A DNA stretch of 64,000 bases from Callorhinchus milii (lineage: Eukaryota). Position numbers and translations under genes: made by a program. Each line of letters begins with the position of its first letter. Position 1 is the stretch's first letter. Where the stretch lies: the NCBI RefSeq assembly GCF_018977255.1, contig NW_024704742.1, positions 10,170,001 to 10,234,000 of the forward strand. The letters run 5' to 3'. The notes below the pieces were generated by a model. It saw only the letters and a program-made list of their open reading frames with translations, was not told the origin of the DNA and ran no database searches. Shown one piece after another: positions 1 through 13,428 of this stretch.

Positions 1-800
1 AATCCCTCCCTTCCCCAAACAAAGTCACACACATACATTTCCACTGCAAACCTAATGTAAGGTGCATATTAGGGTAAATAGATCGATAGATGGGTGAACA
101 CAGCAGTTTCGCCCACAAAATATACTATCAACTCACTTTAATACATCGTGTGAAGCGCTTTGAGACGTCTCAACGACGTGATAACAACAACAACAAAATT
201 ACTTTTTTATAGCGCCTTTCACATTGGGAGGATGTCCCAATATACAGATAAGGTGCGAAATCAAATGCAAGGATTAATTATTCTTATTCTTATCATATGT
301 ATTACTGCCCCGTCCAATGTATACAGTGTGAAAGAGGCACTTCATACATAACACAGCTCTGCATTTTAATCCCAGGTCTCCGTGACTCACGCTCACCCAC
401 CATTACATTCAAAATCAAAAGCCAATCTGAAAGTCCATAAAAATCTGCCTTCAAAAGGGTAAGGTAAATGTGAATCAGATAGACATCAAGGGGGAGTGGG
501 GGAATCTCATTACTTGGTGAGTGACACTATTTGGAAATAATCTGAAGAGCAGAGGTCAAAAAAAAATTATGGAGGGAGGGGAGGGGGTTCAGAATTCAAT
601 TAGATGCCATGATGGGTGAGGTAAGGTACTCGAGGAATGATGGTCTGAATGAATGACTTTTTCTCAAACCCAAACTTTTATTTTTAAGAACTTTCCCCCA
701 ATACAGTCACAATGAGGCCAACAACTCAACGCACCAAATGTTTTCTTTATAAGTAAGAAGAATTTCTCATTTCAGTACTACTGTACTGTGCTTCAGTTAG

Positions 801-831
<31 letters not shown>
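801..831. repeat. (CT)n microsatellite
   Basis: Direct inspection. Confidence 0.95.
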
Positions 832-1068
832 CACTGTTTATTTGTGCAGTTCACAAGCGAGATCTAGAGTTTAAGATACTGTCAGAGTTAAACAAATGGT
901 TCAGCAGCAACAAAGCTGCATTGTAGGAAGCAGCTTTTCTGGGGGTCAAACGCACATGGATCTCTGCAGTCAATGCTAACAAAACATTCAAGCCGGCAAT
1001 GCCACACCAGATCTGTGTGCGATGGATTTGACAGCAGCCTCTCTCGCAGATGAAACAATGAAACTTAC

Positions 1069-1640
1069 CATATTGGGGAAGACCGGCTCTGTGTATTCCC
1101 AGTGTATCCCAATCTGCCTTCCCTGAAGACTCCTGCCAAAGGCTGGCTGTGTTTCGTTACGTAGAGGTAGTCTTAAAAGGTTCACAGTGCAAGCTTTAAT
1201 CATCCACCGTATTATTGCATTCAATTGGAAATTCCCAGCTTTTGCAAGAGTGATTCTGAAATTCCCAGGGTTAAAAGTGAAAGAGTAGAATTGTCCTCCC
1301 CACTCCCTCACTCACTCACTCATCAGCTGCAAACACGCGCACTGCTGGCTGCTACCTCACACATCCATTTCTAACAGACACTGCTTGTCAGACCTTTCAC
1401 TGTTGGGGTCCCCCCTCTCCCACCCGAGGGGAAGCACAGAAACCCTTCAGTGTCAATCTACCTTAAAAGTAGCCCGCCCCTCAGTCTCAGCCACCCCCCC
1501 AACCCCTAATTAAGATGGGGCCAAACAGGAAAAGGGTTGCTTTTCCCTCTACATAACTCTCCCAGGAGCTGCACTAACCTGCTGCTCTGTAGGAAGCTGA
1601 GTTCAGTGGTACAGGCCACCTCTTTATATAAAAGTTTCCA
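1069..1640 (-). promoter_or_regulatory. Putative promoter and first exon of an unidentified minus-strand gene
   Basis: On -, ...ccccaatATG|gtaagt is a perfect donor at 1068-1063. GC box ggggcgggct at 1471-1480; TATA-like at 1622-1633. Lies in a repeat-free island (~830-2300) within a repeat-saturated window. Confidence 0.5.
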
Positions 1641-2574
1641 GGCAGTTGGCTGTAGTGTAAGCAATTACAGCAGATTCCTTTCTCCGCATTGTTCCTCTGA
1701 AACTATTCATTCATAATTGACTGAGGCAGATCCGCGCAAATGAACCATTCTCCGTCTGTCTAGAGACCCCTGAATCACAGAGAGGAAGGGAGAGGAGGGG
1801 GAGGCAGAGAGCAGCATCCCCCATACTGCAGCGAGTCGCAGGGCAAATATATTTTCTATTATATACTGTACGCCTTTTTCAGGCGATTAAATTCATTTTT
1901 CCTTATATGTATATATAAAAACAAGACAAGCCCAGAACTGTTCGAATCTTGCGCTCTGACACTTCAGTCGGTTTATTGTTTATTTTTCATTTGAAAGTCC
2001 AGGTGAAAATAGCTTAGAAACTCTACAAAGATTGCCAAGAGAAATTCCAGGATTTGAAAAGGTCTTTATATATTAAGAAAACACCGGACACCAGTCGTAT
2101 ACATTTTACAGCAGCTTTGATATTTTAACCCAGGCTATCAATGAAGTCATTAAATGAGCCATTGATGTTTTTTTCAGGGGCTTTTAAATTGAAGGCACTT
2201 TGAGGAAAACAGTGTGATCTGTGTGAGACAGATTTCAGCTACTATTAAATTCTGGGCACATACGAGGCTCCTGCAGACATGTTAAACATCATTTGAGCAC
2301 AAAACATGGTCAATGAAGATAATAATAATCCTTGCATTTGATAAGTGCCTTATCACTTCTCCGAGAAGTCTCAAAGCACTTCACGGAATATATGTAAAGT
2401 GAATTAACTGTATATTTTGTAAGATGAGGACCATTCATGAGTCCCATCAACTGGGCAAGGATGCAGATAGCTTTTCCATAGAGTGTTAATGTCATCATTC
2501 TTGTTGAACACCTGTGTTGTCCTTGGAACCACCCTGTTTGTAAGTACACAGAAGATGAAAGTCAAGCTTATGAA

Positions 2575-2875
2575 TTAGGAGGTGCCATCTTCGGTTGAGA
2601 CATCACCCTGCGTGGAGGGTGCTATATAAGTGCAAGTTGTTGTTGTCGCCGGATGAGACGTTAAACCGAGGTCCCATCTGCTCATGGCACTATTCAAAAA
2701 AAAGACAGGATTTTCTCTCAATATCCTGGCCAACAATCTTCCAGATAGGATATTCAATCCATGGCTATCTGTTGGACATTGCTGTGTGAAAATTGGCTGC
2801 TGTATTTGCTCACAAAACACAATCACACCACTTTACAGTAAAATCCGGTGAAACTCGACAATATGATAAACGCTC
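2575..2875 (+). mobile_element. Deu-domain SINE fragment interrupted by a short L2-type tail
   Basis: ggtgccatcttcgg...gatgagacgttaaaccgaggtcccatctgctcatggcactattc...cctggccaacaat resembles the DeuSINE central domain (from recall). An L2-type tail ending (TTG)n is inserted at ~2595-2646. Confidence 0.7.
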
Positions 2876-2959
2876 TGAGATGCTACCCTGCATGGAAGGC
2901 GCTAATAAATGGAAGTTGTTGTTGTTGATGATATCAAATGCAAGGGTTACCATTTCAAA

Positions 2960-3990
2960 GTGCTTCACAGAGCTGCCTGGGAACCTGAGCTGAGGAAGGT
3001 GCAAGTGGGGCTAGGTGACAAACAGTAGAGGGGGAGGTAGTGATAGACTGGCGTCATTGTAGAGTTGAGGGAAAGCTGAGTGAGTAAGAGCCTAGAAGTG
3101 AGGCTTAAAGGACATTTGGGAATCGAAAACAGTACACTGAGGTTTTACACTGTTCCATGAGATGGACTGTGAGCTAAATTGATGCAGTCAGTCAGCACCT
3201 GAGGTGAGAAACAACTGACAAAAGCCAGGCAGGAGAACCTTGTTCTTTCTGACATTTAGCTGGTCAAAGTTAGAACTCATCCACAGTCTTGATGTCTGAC
3301 AGGCAATTGGTAGAGGACAGTCTTCCTGGAATGGAAAACAGAGGCAGAGAGATAGATTTGGGTGTCACCCACCTACTGTAGAAATAGACCCCATTTCTCC
3401 ATATAATGGAGTCGCCCACAAATATACAGTCAATTCACTTTACAGTATATTCTGTGAAACGCTTTGAGACGTCTCAAAGACGTGATAAGGTGCTGTATCC
3501 AATGCAAGGATTATTATTATAATGTTACCAAGAGGGAGCATATGAATGGTGAAAATAAATGGATTGAGGATAGAGAGGTGAAGAGCACTGCATGTGACTG
3601 TGCGGGTGGTTGGGGGGGTGGGTGGGGTGGGGAGTGGGTGGGGATCTGTGGAGGAGGAGCAGGGAGGAGAGACTGTGCATAAAGAGTGATTGGGCATATC
3701 AAAGATATCAGAGAGGTCAAAGAGAAGCAAAAGGCAGAGTCAGCCCTCCTTGCAAGTGGGGAGAATGTTATTGGTGACTCTGACCAGGTCAGTCTCGGTG
3801 ATGCAAACTATATTGAAGGAGCTCGAATTGGGAGGGGTGGAAAAGGAAGGAATGAAGCTGGGAAGCAACAAGTTAGTTCAGCACCTTGGAGAGGAAGGGC
3901 AGGTTGGAAGTGTGTTGGTAACTGGAGAGCATCAAGTAGTTCGTCTTGAGGAGGGGATGACAATAAGCTGTGGGCAGGAGGATAATTCCA
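2960..3990 (-). mobile_element. Old degenerate L2 LINE RT region, split by a SINE tail (~3413-3520)
   Basis: Minus strand shows a decayed YADDTQIYLS region near 3350-3410 and a decayed TETxLVRVTNxIL...LLFDLS region near 3700-3800. Confidence 0.7.
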
Positions 3991-6900
3991 GAGAGTATTA
4001 GGCACAGGTTGGCAAGAGCCAAGGCTTGGGGACATTGTAGTACTGATGGAGTCTAACCAGTTAATGTCACATAGCTTGGCATTGAGAGCGCTGTCTGTTA
4101 AGCTTCCCATTACTTGTCCAGCTAAGACCATGCTCCCCATTTGGCATTCTTGGATGAACAGGAGCTGAACCCAGGGAAGCAAGCTGAAGAGGATGGGAGG
4201 GGGAGAAAGATGATCGAAACATGGTCAAAGAGGTAAGTCTGATGGCGGGTATACTGGTCACCAGCAAGAGATGTTCTTCTGCAAATTGGAGTTATTATTA
4301 GCAAATCCAGGTGTCAAGAACCTTGAACCCTGAGGTCCCATTAAATCAAGATATGAAGGGCGCTATACAAATGTAATTTTGTATGGTATTGTAAGTCTGC
4401 TTTGCAGTTTTATTTATGAAAAAAATCTATATTAAACGTCCCACAAACAGTCATGGATTCAGTGGCCAAATTATTATGAAATAAATCTATAATAAACGTC
4501 AAAAACATATGGAGACTGAGTTGAAAATCGTCACCTGTCTTCAATAAGTTAGACTTGCAAATATAAACCATTAAAAGGTGCAGACTCGTAACAACCCAAG
4601 AACATTAATGAATATAATAATAATAATCCTTGCATTTGATGTAGTGCCTTATCGTCTTTGAGACGTCTCAAAGCACTTCACCGAATAGACTGTAAAGTGA
4701 ATTAACTGTAACTTTTGAGCACAAAATGTATTAGATCTAGTACAGTTAACAATAATAATTATTCTACTGCATATAATTCCTTATCATGTTGTTGAGATGT
4801 CTCAGAGCGATTCACAGGATGCTTCTGTAAAGTTACTGTATTTTGGTAGGTGAATAAGCACTTTCATCTGAAAACAATATATTAGAAACTTTAACAAAGA
4901 GTGAAGGCTCAGACAACGCTGAAGTCTTCATAAAATAATCCTTGCCTTTGATATAGCACCTTATCACATCTTCGAAACATCTCAAAGCGCTTCACAGAAC
5001 ATACTGCAAAGTGAATTGACTGTATATTATGCAGCCAATTGGGCACAGCAGAGTCCCACAAACAGTCGTGGATTCAGTGACCAAATTATTATTATTTCTT
5101 AAGGGTGTGGAGGTCATAAATTCAGCCTGTCTCTGAGCCCAGAGTTTTCAATTGGAATGAATTTGTTTAAAGCTCCTGGCACTTCGCTTAAGAGTGATAA
5201 CTCGGCAATGTTCATTCACCACATGGCGCAGAATAGAATTGTGTGCGTCTCTGCTTTTGTGGGTGTCTAACTTCTCTTCCTGACCAAATTGGATACAGGA
5301 AGTCGTTTTCCTTCTTGGGGGCCCAGTCATTATGCAGTGAAATACCCCAGATGGGAACAAGCTCCTGCAATTATATTCTTTCAAACGTTTATTGAACTAG
5401 AAAAAATTGACATTTGAAACAATATACACACAAACCGCACGCACACATACACAAGCATGGGAACTGGTTATAAAAGATCTCTTCAACCTCCTCCTTTATA
5501 GTTGCGGTCGATAGGCCTACTGAGCTCTTCAAGAACATAATTATTTCAAGTTTTCAAAACTCCAGGGATATGCTTTGAGGCACATTACTATTCCAGGCTG
5601 CAACAGTCATTGAAACACCATTTTGCAAACTGGCTAATGGGAAATGTTTGTAAAAGTCTAACAACGTACTTTCCCTTTAAGAGGAAATGGAGCATGGAGG
5701 AAACTGCCTAGACTTAACCTGGAGGTGATGGGAATCTTATAAGATTTTCTGCATCTTTATAATTGCATTCATCCAAGTGGGACCCAGGCGAATAGATCTC
5801 AGGCACACGTACAATGCACGGAGGTCTGACTGGTTGGGGCAAACACAAATATTCAGATTAAAAACCTACATTGAGTGTAGATTTGCATTTGTGCTCAGCG
5901 GGAACCTAGACTCCTCACAGAGACAACTTCAGCACTCCAGCTTGTGACCATTACCAGATTCCAAAGGTTCAGAGGTCCAGACAAATGTGACACAACATGG
6001 GGTACTTTGACCTGCAGTCTAATTGTTGCGAGGCTGAATAGTTTTAATCATAAAAACAAAAGTACCAAAGCTTCTTTCTGACTGTTGTTCACTTCTGTGG
6101 CATTCTCTGCTACTTACTGGAAGTTCTAGCTGAATAAAGTTCTAGCTCCTTTTCCCCCATCTATTGTGCTCCATAGTTTATGTCCTGAAAAATCACTACC
6201 TCCCCACGAATACGGGCGAAAAGTTTACAAAATAATCACAGTAAAATATGATTAGATACACTGAGTATGAGTCCTCTAGTGCCGTTTACACTGGGAGCTG
6301 ATGAGAAACACGATTGCAAGAAGGGAACCTGTGCATAAACTACACCAGTGCAGAAACCTCCCCAGTATATAAATCGCAATCCCAGGAATGCAGGTCAGTG
6401 GAAAAAAAAATATAAAAGTGAAATTTATTGCAATAATCCCTTCAAAAATAAACTATAAGAATAATTTGGTCACTCAACCCACAACTGTTTGTGGGACAGT
6501 GCTGTGCGTAATTGGCTGCCACATTTCACACACAAAATATACAGTCATTCCACTTTGTAGTATATTCTGTGAAACACTATGAGACATCTTGAAGACGTGA
6601 TAAGGCGCTATATCAAATGCAAGGATTATTATTATATTATTTGCAATTTGATGGAAGTCTGGGCATTTCCCTCCCTCACCCCTCTTACAACTGATGAGGG
6701 AGGACCTCTCTGCCCCCACCCTTTGGAACTCCATCCCAGTTCCTTCACCTCGCCCCCTCCCTTGCCTTCTTCAAGATCCATCTCAAGACCCTCCTCTTCA
6801 ACCGTGCCTTTGGTCACCCTCCTACCCCCTACCTTCCCCGCCCTCCACCCCTCCTGATCCTATCCACCAGTTCGGGTGAGGATCCCTGACTGCCCAATGC

Positions 6901-7261
6901 CTTGGGATGTCCTCCTGACGTGAAAGACGCTGTACAAATGTAATTTTTTGTTATTATTGATGTGTATGAATTCACTCTGCTGCATTCCACTTTCAGAGAC
7001 CTGGGAGCTTCCACATGATGTTCTGTATGATGTTCTGCCACTCACCGGAGGGAGTCGCTGTTCAATTTCACGGTTGCCTGTCTTCATGTGGACAATTACT
7101 AATAATATATTAAGATAGTATGTTGGATCCAGTGAGGGAGTGAACACCTGCAACAACAAAGGCTTCGATTTATGTAGCACCCTTCACATTAGAGCAGAGT
7201 CTCAAAGTGCTTCACAGAAATGGGATTGGACAATAAGGAAGGGAGATGGTGAGGAAAGGCA

Positions 7262-7639
7262 TGATCATCATCATCATCTTGCATTTGATATAGCGTCTTA
7301 TCACGTCTTCTAGGCCAGTCAATGTGCTTCACAGAGTACACTGTAAAGTGAAACGTCTGTGTATGTTGTGGGTGAAATACAGCAGCCGATTGTCCACAGC
7401 AGTATCCCACAAAGGAGTCGTGGAATGAGTGACCAAATTAGTACTTTTTTTTGGAAGGGATTATTACCCCCGGAAAAGCGATCCGCCAATCGACTAACAA
7501 CTGGGTTCCTACTTACTGCTAGATAAACAGAGTTGCATGGAGTAAGGAAACTTGCCCAAAGTTTCACCCTGCTGGGAATCGAACCCAAGTCCTCTCACTT
7601 GTGAGGCACATGCTCTAACCACTGAGCTACAGGACTTCA
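7262..7639 (-). mobile_element. Full-length tRNA-derived SINE (dominant family)
   Basis: Pol III A/B-box head, central body, stem-loop tail and trinucleotide-repeat end. Confidence 0.9.
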
Positions 7640-8589
7640 TATGAGGCTATTAATTGTTAAGCTTTTGATGCTAAGAAAATGGCTAAAGTGAATTCAAAGA
7701 GGTAGGATCTGAGGCGGGACTTAAAGACAGAAAGAGAGGGTGTGAGATGGAATGGTAGAGGGAGGGAGTTCCAGAGATTAGGAGTGAAGGAACCTGAAGG
7801 CTTGGCCATTGCCTGTAGCACAAAGCAAGCAGACAACACACAACAAGCCCAAGTTAGCCGAGAGAAGGGGACGAACGACCGAATAGAGAAAGCTTAATGT
7901 AGAATTCCAAAGGTGCCACTGGTACATCAGGTTAGAGGAGAGACCTTGAGGCTGGAATGATCAGTGCTTGACCTCAGGTCCAGCCGCACACTCCTGCACA
8001 GCTCAAGTCCCAGACCTGCAGTTTATTACTACAGCTGCACTCTGTCATTGTATTGTGTTACCTCAGTAATTCTACCAGCTGCTTTTGATAAAGCTCTTGG
8101 CAAACCCAAAGGCTTTTAAGGTACCGTTGCCAAACACTGGGACGCGTTGACACAACTCCCTGAGAAGCACTTCACTGCATCACCGAAATGTCCTCACGTC
8201 ACTCACAAGTGATATCATTACAAAGCAATCGACAAAAGTCTTATCCCCTGCCTCTCAGGAAATTGGCTTGTGCTCAAATATCTCTGTACAGCTGTAGATC
8301 AACTACTCAGAAGCCAGGCACGTTAGGGTAACTGAACCACTCACTGACATTTAGTTACCTCTCCATTCAGTTTTGACATTATCACAAAACAGCTGTGCTC
8401 ATGTGTGTGTTTTTTTAGTCAGCCGGGTGTTTGACACATGCGGAAACCCATCAACATGCTTAAGAGTATCCAAACCAAACTGAGAATTCCAGGCATCCCA
8501 CCTACACGTGGAAATTCCAATAAGTGGAACAGTGACTCAGTTGGACTTTGCAACACCGAAGTAAAAGCTCAAACCACTGTTTTCCACTG

Positions 8590-8875
8590 GCTGCTAAAAT
8601 GGCAACAAGGGGCCATAAACTGAAGATTATGAGAACCATAAAGGTGGAGGGAGGTTAGGAGAATTTTACTACACAGAATTATGAGGATATGGAACGTATT
8701 ACCACAAGTGGAGGTTGAAGCCAAGTCAACTGTTTTTAAAAGGGAAAAGACCACTTGAAGAATGTTACTAGTTATGGGTCGAGAAGGGAAATGGGATTGG
8801 AACAGTAGCTCCAGTAAGGGAGCAAGCTGAGGCACAGGGGCTGAATGACCTATCGTTGATGATACTGTATATTGA
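8590..8875 (+). mobile_element. Old CR1 LINE 3' fragment
   Basis: Decayed RGH.LK...RR.F...R....WN.LP coding remnant followed by a ggggctgaatgacct 3' UTR motif. Confidence 0.7.
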
Positions 8876-9123
8876 TAACACAATATACAATTGACACAGT
8901 CAGTGAAAACTGATGAAATTTGTCTCAAGGTAAGTGTACTTTCATGAGGCAAGTGTAAGTGTACACCTTGAGCACCAACTGTCCCAATTTCATTCGGGAC
9001 CACATCATTGCTGTTAATTGACCTATAGGAGCTGTGAACTGCTGAATCTACATTGTCCGACTCTGTCAGTCCTCCTCTGCAGTAAAACCTACTTAAATCG
9101 AATCAGTCGGGACTATAACATTT

Positions 9124-9435
9124 AATATAATAATGATAATCTTTGCATTTGATATAGCGACTTATCACATCTTTGAGACTTCTCAAAGAGCTTATATGGA
9201 TATACTGTAAAGTTAATTGATTGGATATTTTGGGGGTGAAACACGGCAGCCAGTTGCGCACAGCAGTGCCCCACAAACAGTCGTGGATTGAGTGCCCCAA
9301 ATAATTTATTTATTCATTTATTTATTTATTTTTGGAAGGAGGAAACTTACTCAACATTTCGCCCTGCCGGGAATCGAACCCAGGTCCTCTCGCTTGCGAG
9401 GCAAGTGCTCTAACCACTAATCTACAGGACTCCAC
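9124..9435 (-). mobile_element. tRNA-derived SINE, internally deleted
   Basis: Head and tail present. Head-to-head with the copy at 9599. Confidence 0.9.
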
Positions 9436-9598
9436 AGTATGACTTACAGTCTTACACAAAGTATGAGTTACAGGCAAACTTGCATAAAGTTGTATCTTAG
9501 ACTTATGCAAAGCTACATATGTCGGATTTTATATGACTAAAACACTAACAAATACAGTAAACAAGTACAGGGTCTTTGTCATTAACTTGCGTTTAGTT

Positions 9599-9912
9599 GT
9601 GGAGTCCTGTAGCTCAGTGGTTAGAGCACTCACCTCGCAAACAAGAGACCTGGGTTCGATTCCCAGCAGGGCGAAACCTTGGGCAAGTTTCCTTACTCCA
9701 CACACCTGATAATAATCCCTCCAGAAAAAAANCAATAATAAATTTGTCATTTCAATCCACGACTGTCTGTGGGGCACTGCTGTGTGCAATTGGTTGCCAT
9801 GTTTCACCTACAAATATACAGTCAATTCACTTTACATTCTATTCTGTGAAGCGCTTTGAGATGTCGAGAAGACGTGAAAAGCGCTATATCAAATGCAAGG
9901 ATTATTATTATT
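9599..9912 (+). mobile_element. tRNA-derived SINE, short subfamily
   Basis: gtggagtcctgtagctcagtggttagagc...ggttcgattccc head; (ATT)n tail; central deletion. Confidence 0.92.
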
Positions 9913-10844
9913 ACCTGTATTGCCTGATGGCATGATGACGGGTCAAGGCCTTCTTTTTTGGGACTCGTTACATCAGAGGACACTGTACTATACTGGACAT
10001 GTGGTACGTCATCACGACAGTCAGATCTTATGTCAAACGGAACACTGCACATGCATACTTCAAATCATCCATTAAGTACAGTGGCGGCGTTACTGGTTAG
10101 GAGATGATTTGCATAGGATTATTTAGGACAGAGAAACAGTTACGATTTAGCCGTTTATCTGACTTACAAAATACAACCAGTGCAAAAAGATCTATATGTT
10201 TTTTGGTAAGAAACTGAATTGAACTCGGGTGCAAGTCTGACTTAGGCCATGATACGATTTATAAAGAGACAAATTTTACTGGAAACTGAATAAGTTTGAG
10301 TCCCGGATGGAATACAGACACCAATTGCAATGTGGACCATGCAGTACTTCAGATTGCCAGAGTAAGTGCATGAGCTGCTTTCCTGAACACATTTAACTGA
10401 TTTTAATTTTAATTGAACACCTTTAACTGATCAATTCACCACTGTTTTTGGGACACTTCTGTCCGTAATTGATTGACACGTTTTGCCCACAAAATATACA
10501 GTCAATTCACTTGACAGTATATTCTGTGAAGCTCTTTGAGGATTCTCAAATATGAATAAGGCACTATATCAAATGCAAGAATTATATGATTATATTACTA
10601 TTTTTCTTCTACTGGGGTATAATTCAGCAGCCAGTGTTGGCATTCTTTATTCTGTCTTGAATGAAAACATCTCATAGATGTTTTCTTTATCAAGGTCTGC
10701 AAGGTTTTAAATGGGCTTCAGAAAGTATACCCAGAAACATGCTTTGGGATGCACGATGGCAGCAGAACAAAAAGTCACTGGTTTGGATTTGCAAAAAGCA
10801 ATTTCAGACCAGACACTAGGGATTATTTATTTAATAACTAAATA

Positions 10845-11134
10845 GTAATAATAATAATCCTTGCATTTGATAGAGCGCTTTTCACGTCTTCTAGACGTCT
10901 CAAAGTGCTTTACAGAATATACTGTAAAGTGAATTTGTGGACAAAATGCGGCAGCCAATTGCACACAGTAGTGTCACACAAACAGTCGTCGATTGAAATG
11001 ACCAATTTCTGGAGGGATTATTATTAGGCGTGTGGAGTAAGGAAACTTGCCCAAGGTTTCACCCTGCCGGGAATCAAACCCAGGTCTCTCACTTGCAAAG
11101 CGAGTGCTCTAACCACTGAGCTACAGGACACCAC
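10845..11134 (-). mobile_element. tRNA-derived SINE, short subfamily
   Basis: Same central deletion as the 9599 copy. Confidence 0.9.
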
Positions 11135-11224
11135 AAGTGACCGAGTTGAAGCCATAATGTCGTAGGCATATAAAAACAGCTTGATCCTGTGATAAAAATA
11201 ATGTACGGAGGATATTGTGGAAGG

Positions 11225-11590
11225 ATGATAATAATCCTTGTATTTAATATAAAGCCTTACCATATTGTCAAGGTGTCTCAAAGCGCTTCACAGGATACAC
11301 TGTACAGATGAGTGACTGTGTATTTTATGGGTGAATGCAGCAGCAAATGTGAATGTAGCAAACGGCCATGAAGTGAGTGAACAATTTTATTTGGGGGATT
11401 GTTGGCCAGGACACTGGGTGAGAGAAAGTCCCTTCTCTTTTTGTACCATGCCATGGGACAGGCAGATGTGACCTCAGTTTAACATCTCTTCTGAAGGTTG
11501 GCACCAGCGACAATGCAGTGCCTCCCAACACTGCATTAGAGGGTCAACTCAGATTATATGTGTTTGAAGTCCCGACGTGAGGATGTAATC
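11225..11590 (-). mobile_element. Deu-domain SINE
   Basis: gttggccaggacact...gacctcagtttaacatctc...gacaatgcagtgcctcc (reverse Deu domain) with a shared tail. Confidence 0.7.
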
Positions 11591-13079
11591 AATGGTATGA
11601 GAGAAGGCCCTTTTTCATACAAACCTTTCTTGTGATGTAGTTACCAATATTGGCCATCATTCAAATGTGAGCCTTGATAGGGACTGATGACAGGCTTTTC
11701 ATTGCTAAAGTAACTGAATGATACAATTAGAAATTGGAAAGCACAGGTGTGGAGTGCAGAACCTTTCAAGGCAATTGAGCTGCAGTATCCGGAAACAAAG
11801 ACAACGATCCCTTAGTACAATCTCCAGATATTCGTCAGGCACCGGCCTGCTTCACATCCCCCTTTCTGCCCAGTCCACCATCAATATTCGGGGCTTCAAC
11901 ATTTCTGCCCACATTCTCTGGAACTACATCCCACAATCCCTTCACCTCACCCCTTCCCTCGCCTTCTTCAAGGTCCATCTCAAGAATTTCCTCCTTGACC
12001 CCGCTTTGGCCACCCTCCCATCCCCCTTGACCCACCCATTCCAAATCCAACCCCAAGCTTGTGTCCAGTGTTTTGGGAAGTCCTCCCGATGTGAAGGGTA
12101 CTAAATAAATGCAATTTGTTTTTGCCTCTAACATTAGCAAACTGAGGAAATCAGTGTATCAGAGTATGGCTCATACTACAGCATTGCATTCTGACATATA
12201 CTGTCAGTTTCAAGATCATCAAAATACATACATTACATTTAAAATAATCTGATACATAATTTAGACATAGAAATAATGGTCTTTAAGCAGGAGGCGAAAG
12301 GAAGCTAATCTTTCTGGTTGATTTGGGATTTTCATTGTGGAGTGACACACTTTGTGTTTGCGTGGTGCACAAAGGACAATGATTTATAAGTTGGCTTCCT
12401 CATTGACATGTGATCAACTGCGCACAGCGACTCTCGCTGAATCATTTCAATTCCCACTGGTACCCAGATGGTGCCCTGTAAAAAGGTCAGTTCAATTGAG
12501 CCACAGTATATTAGAGGTACAATAAGGATTCAAATCACAAGGGAGACCACAAAGTGCGGAGGAAAATAAAACAGTTTGGATTGTCCAGTTTATTTAGACC
12601 TGTATTTCCTATTTTCTCTCTATTCCTCCTGAAACCCATTGACTCCAGTTAGTATCTCAACTGAATGACCATTGTTGACATGTGAGACCAGACAGTGAAT
12701 ATTATTTCAGCCAAACAAACAACAAAAACAAGAATAATTAGCATTTATATAGCGCCCTTCACACGGGGTAGCGTCCCGGAGCACTTGATCCTGTCCTCAC
12801 CCTTCACTCACAAGGGGTGAATGGTCAATGTTCAGGGAAATAATTTTTTTCCTATCTCCTTCCCTAACCATGCACCAAGGTGCAATGTCTTTCCTGCTGC
12901 CTGGCAGGCCGACTAACTCAGTCCAGTCTGTGTATGGCTCAGCTTTGCTTCAGTCTTACTTATCCAATCAGCTGTCATTCCTTCATTCCTGAGGCAGACA
13001 CTACATCCTCTGGTTTGCTCCTACATACAGCATTGATAGTGGCAGCACTACATTACCTTGCCAAAGAGGTCATTCATGT

Positions 13080-13428
13080 ATAATAATAATAATCCTTGCA
13101 TTTGAAATAGGGCCTTATAATGTCTTCAAGACGTCTCAAAACACTTCACAAAATACACTATAAAGTGAATTGACTGTATATTTTGTGGGTGAAACGTGGA
13201 AGCCAATTGCACACAGCAGTGTCCCACAAACAGTCATGGATTGAGTGACCAAACTATTTTTTTTGAAGGATTTATTACCCCCAGAAGAGCGATATGCCAA
13301 TCGACTAGCAACTAGGTTCCTATTTACTGCTGAGTAAACAGAGGTGTGCAGTGTAAGGAAACTTGCCCTACGTTTCGCCCTGGCGGGAATCGAACCAGGT
13401 CTCTCGCTTGCAAGGCGAGTGCTCTAAC
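13080..13428 (-). mobile_element. tRNA-derived SINE, near full length
   Basis: Tail, body and B-box present; A-box end truncated. Confidence 0.88.

Noticed and set aside
6279..6379. Possible Harbinger-type MITE (also weak candidates near 31710-31830 and 47185-47290)
   Set aside because: The inverted ends are too degenerate and there is no convincing TSD.
9597..9935. Recurrent short ORFs ending in ...[11 protein letters not shown] or containing [10 protein letters not shown]
   Set aside because: These are translations of the SINE tail on either strand, not a peptide family.
12600..12960. Possible conserved non-coding element
   Set aside because: It resembles an ancient SINE-like repeat (related pieces near 11650 and 13435) with an inserted L2 tail, and I cannot assign a family.
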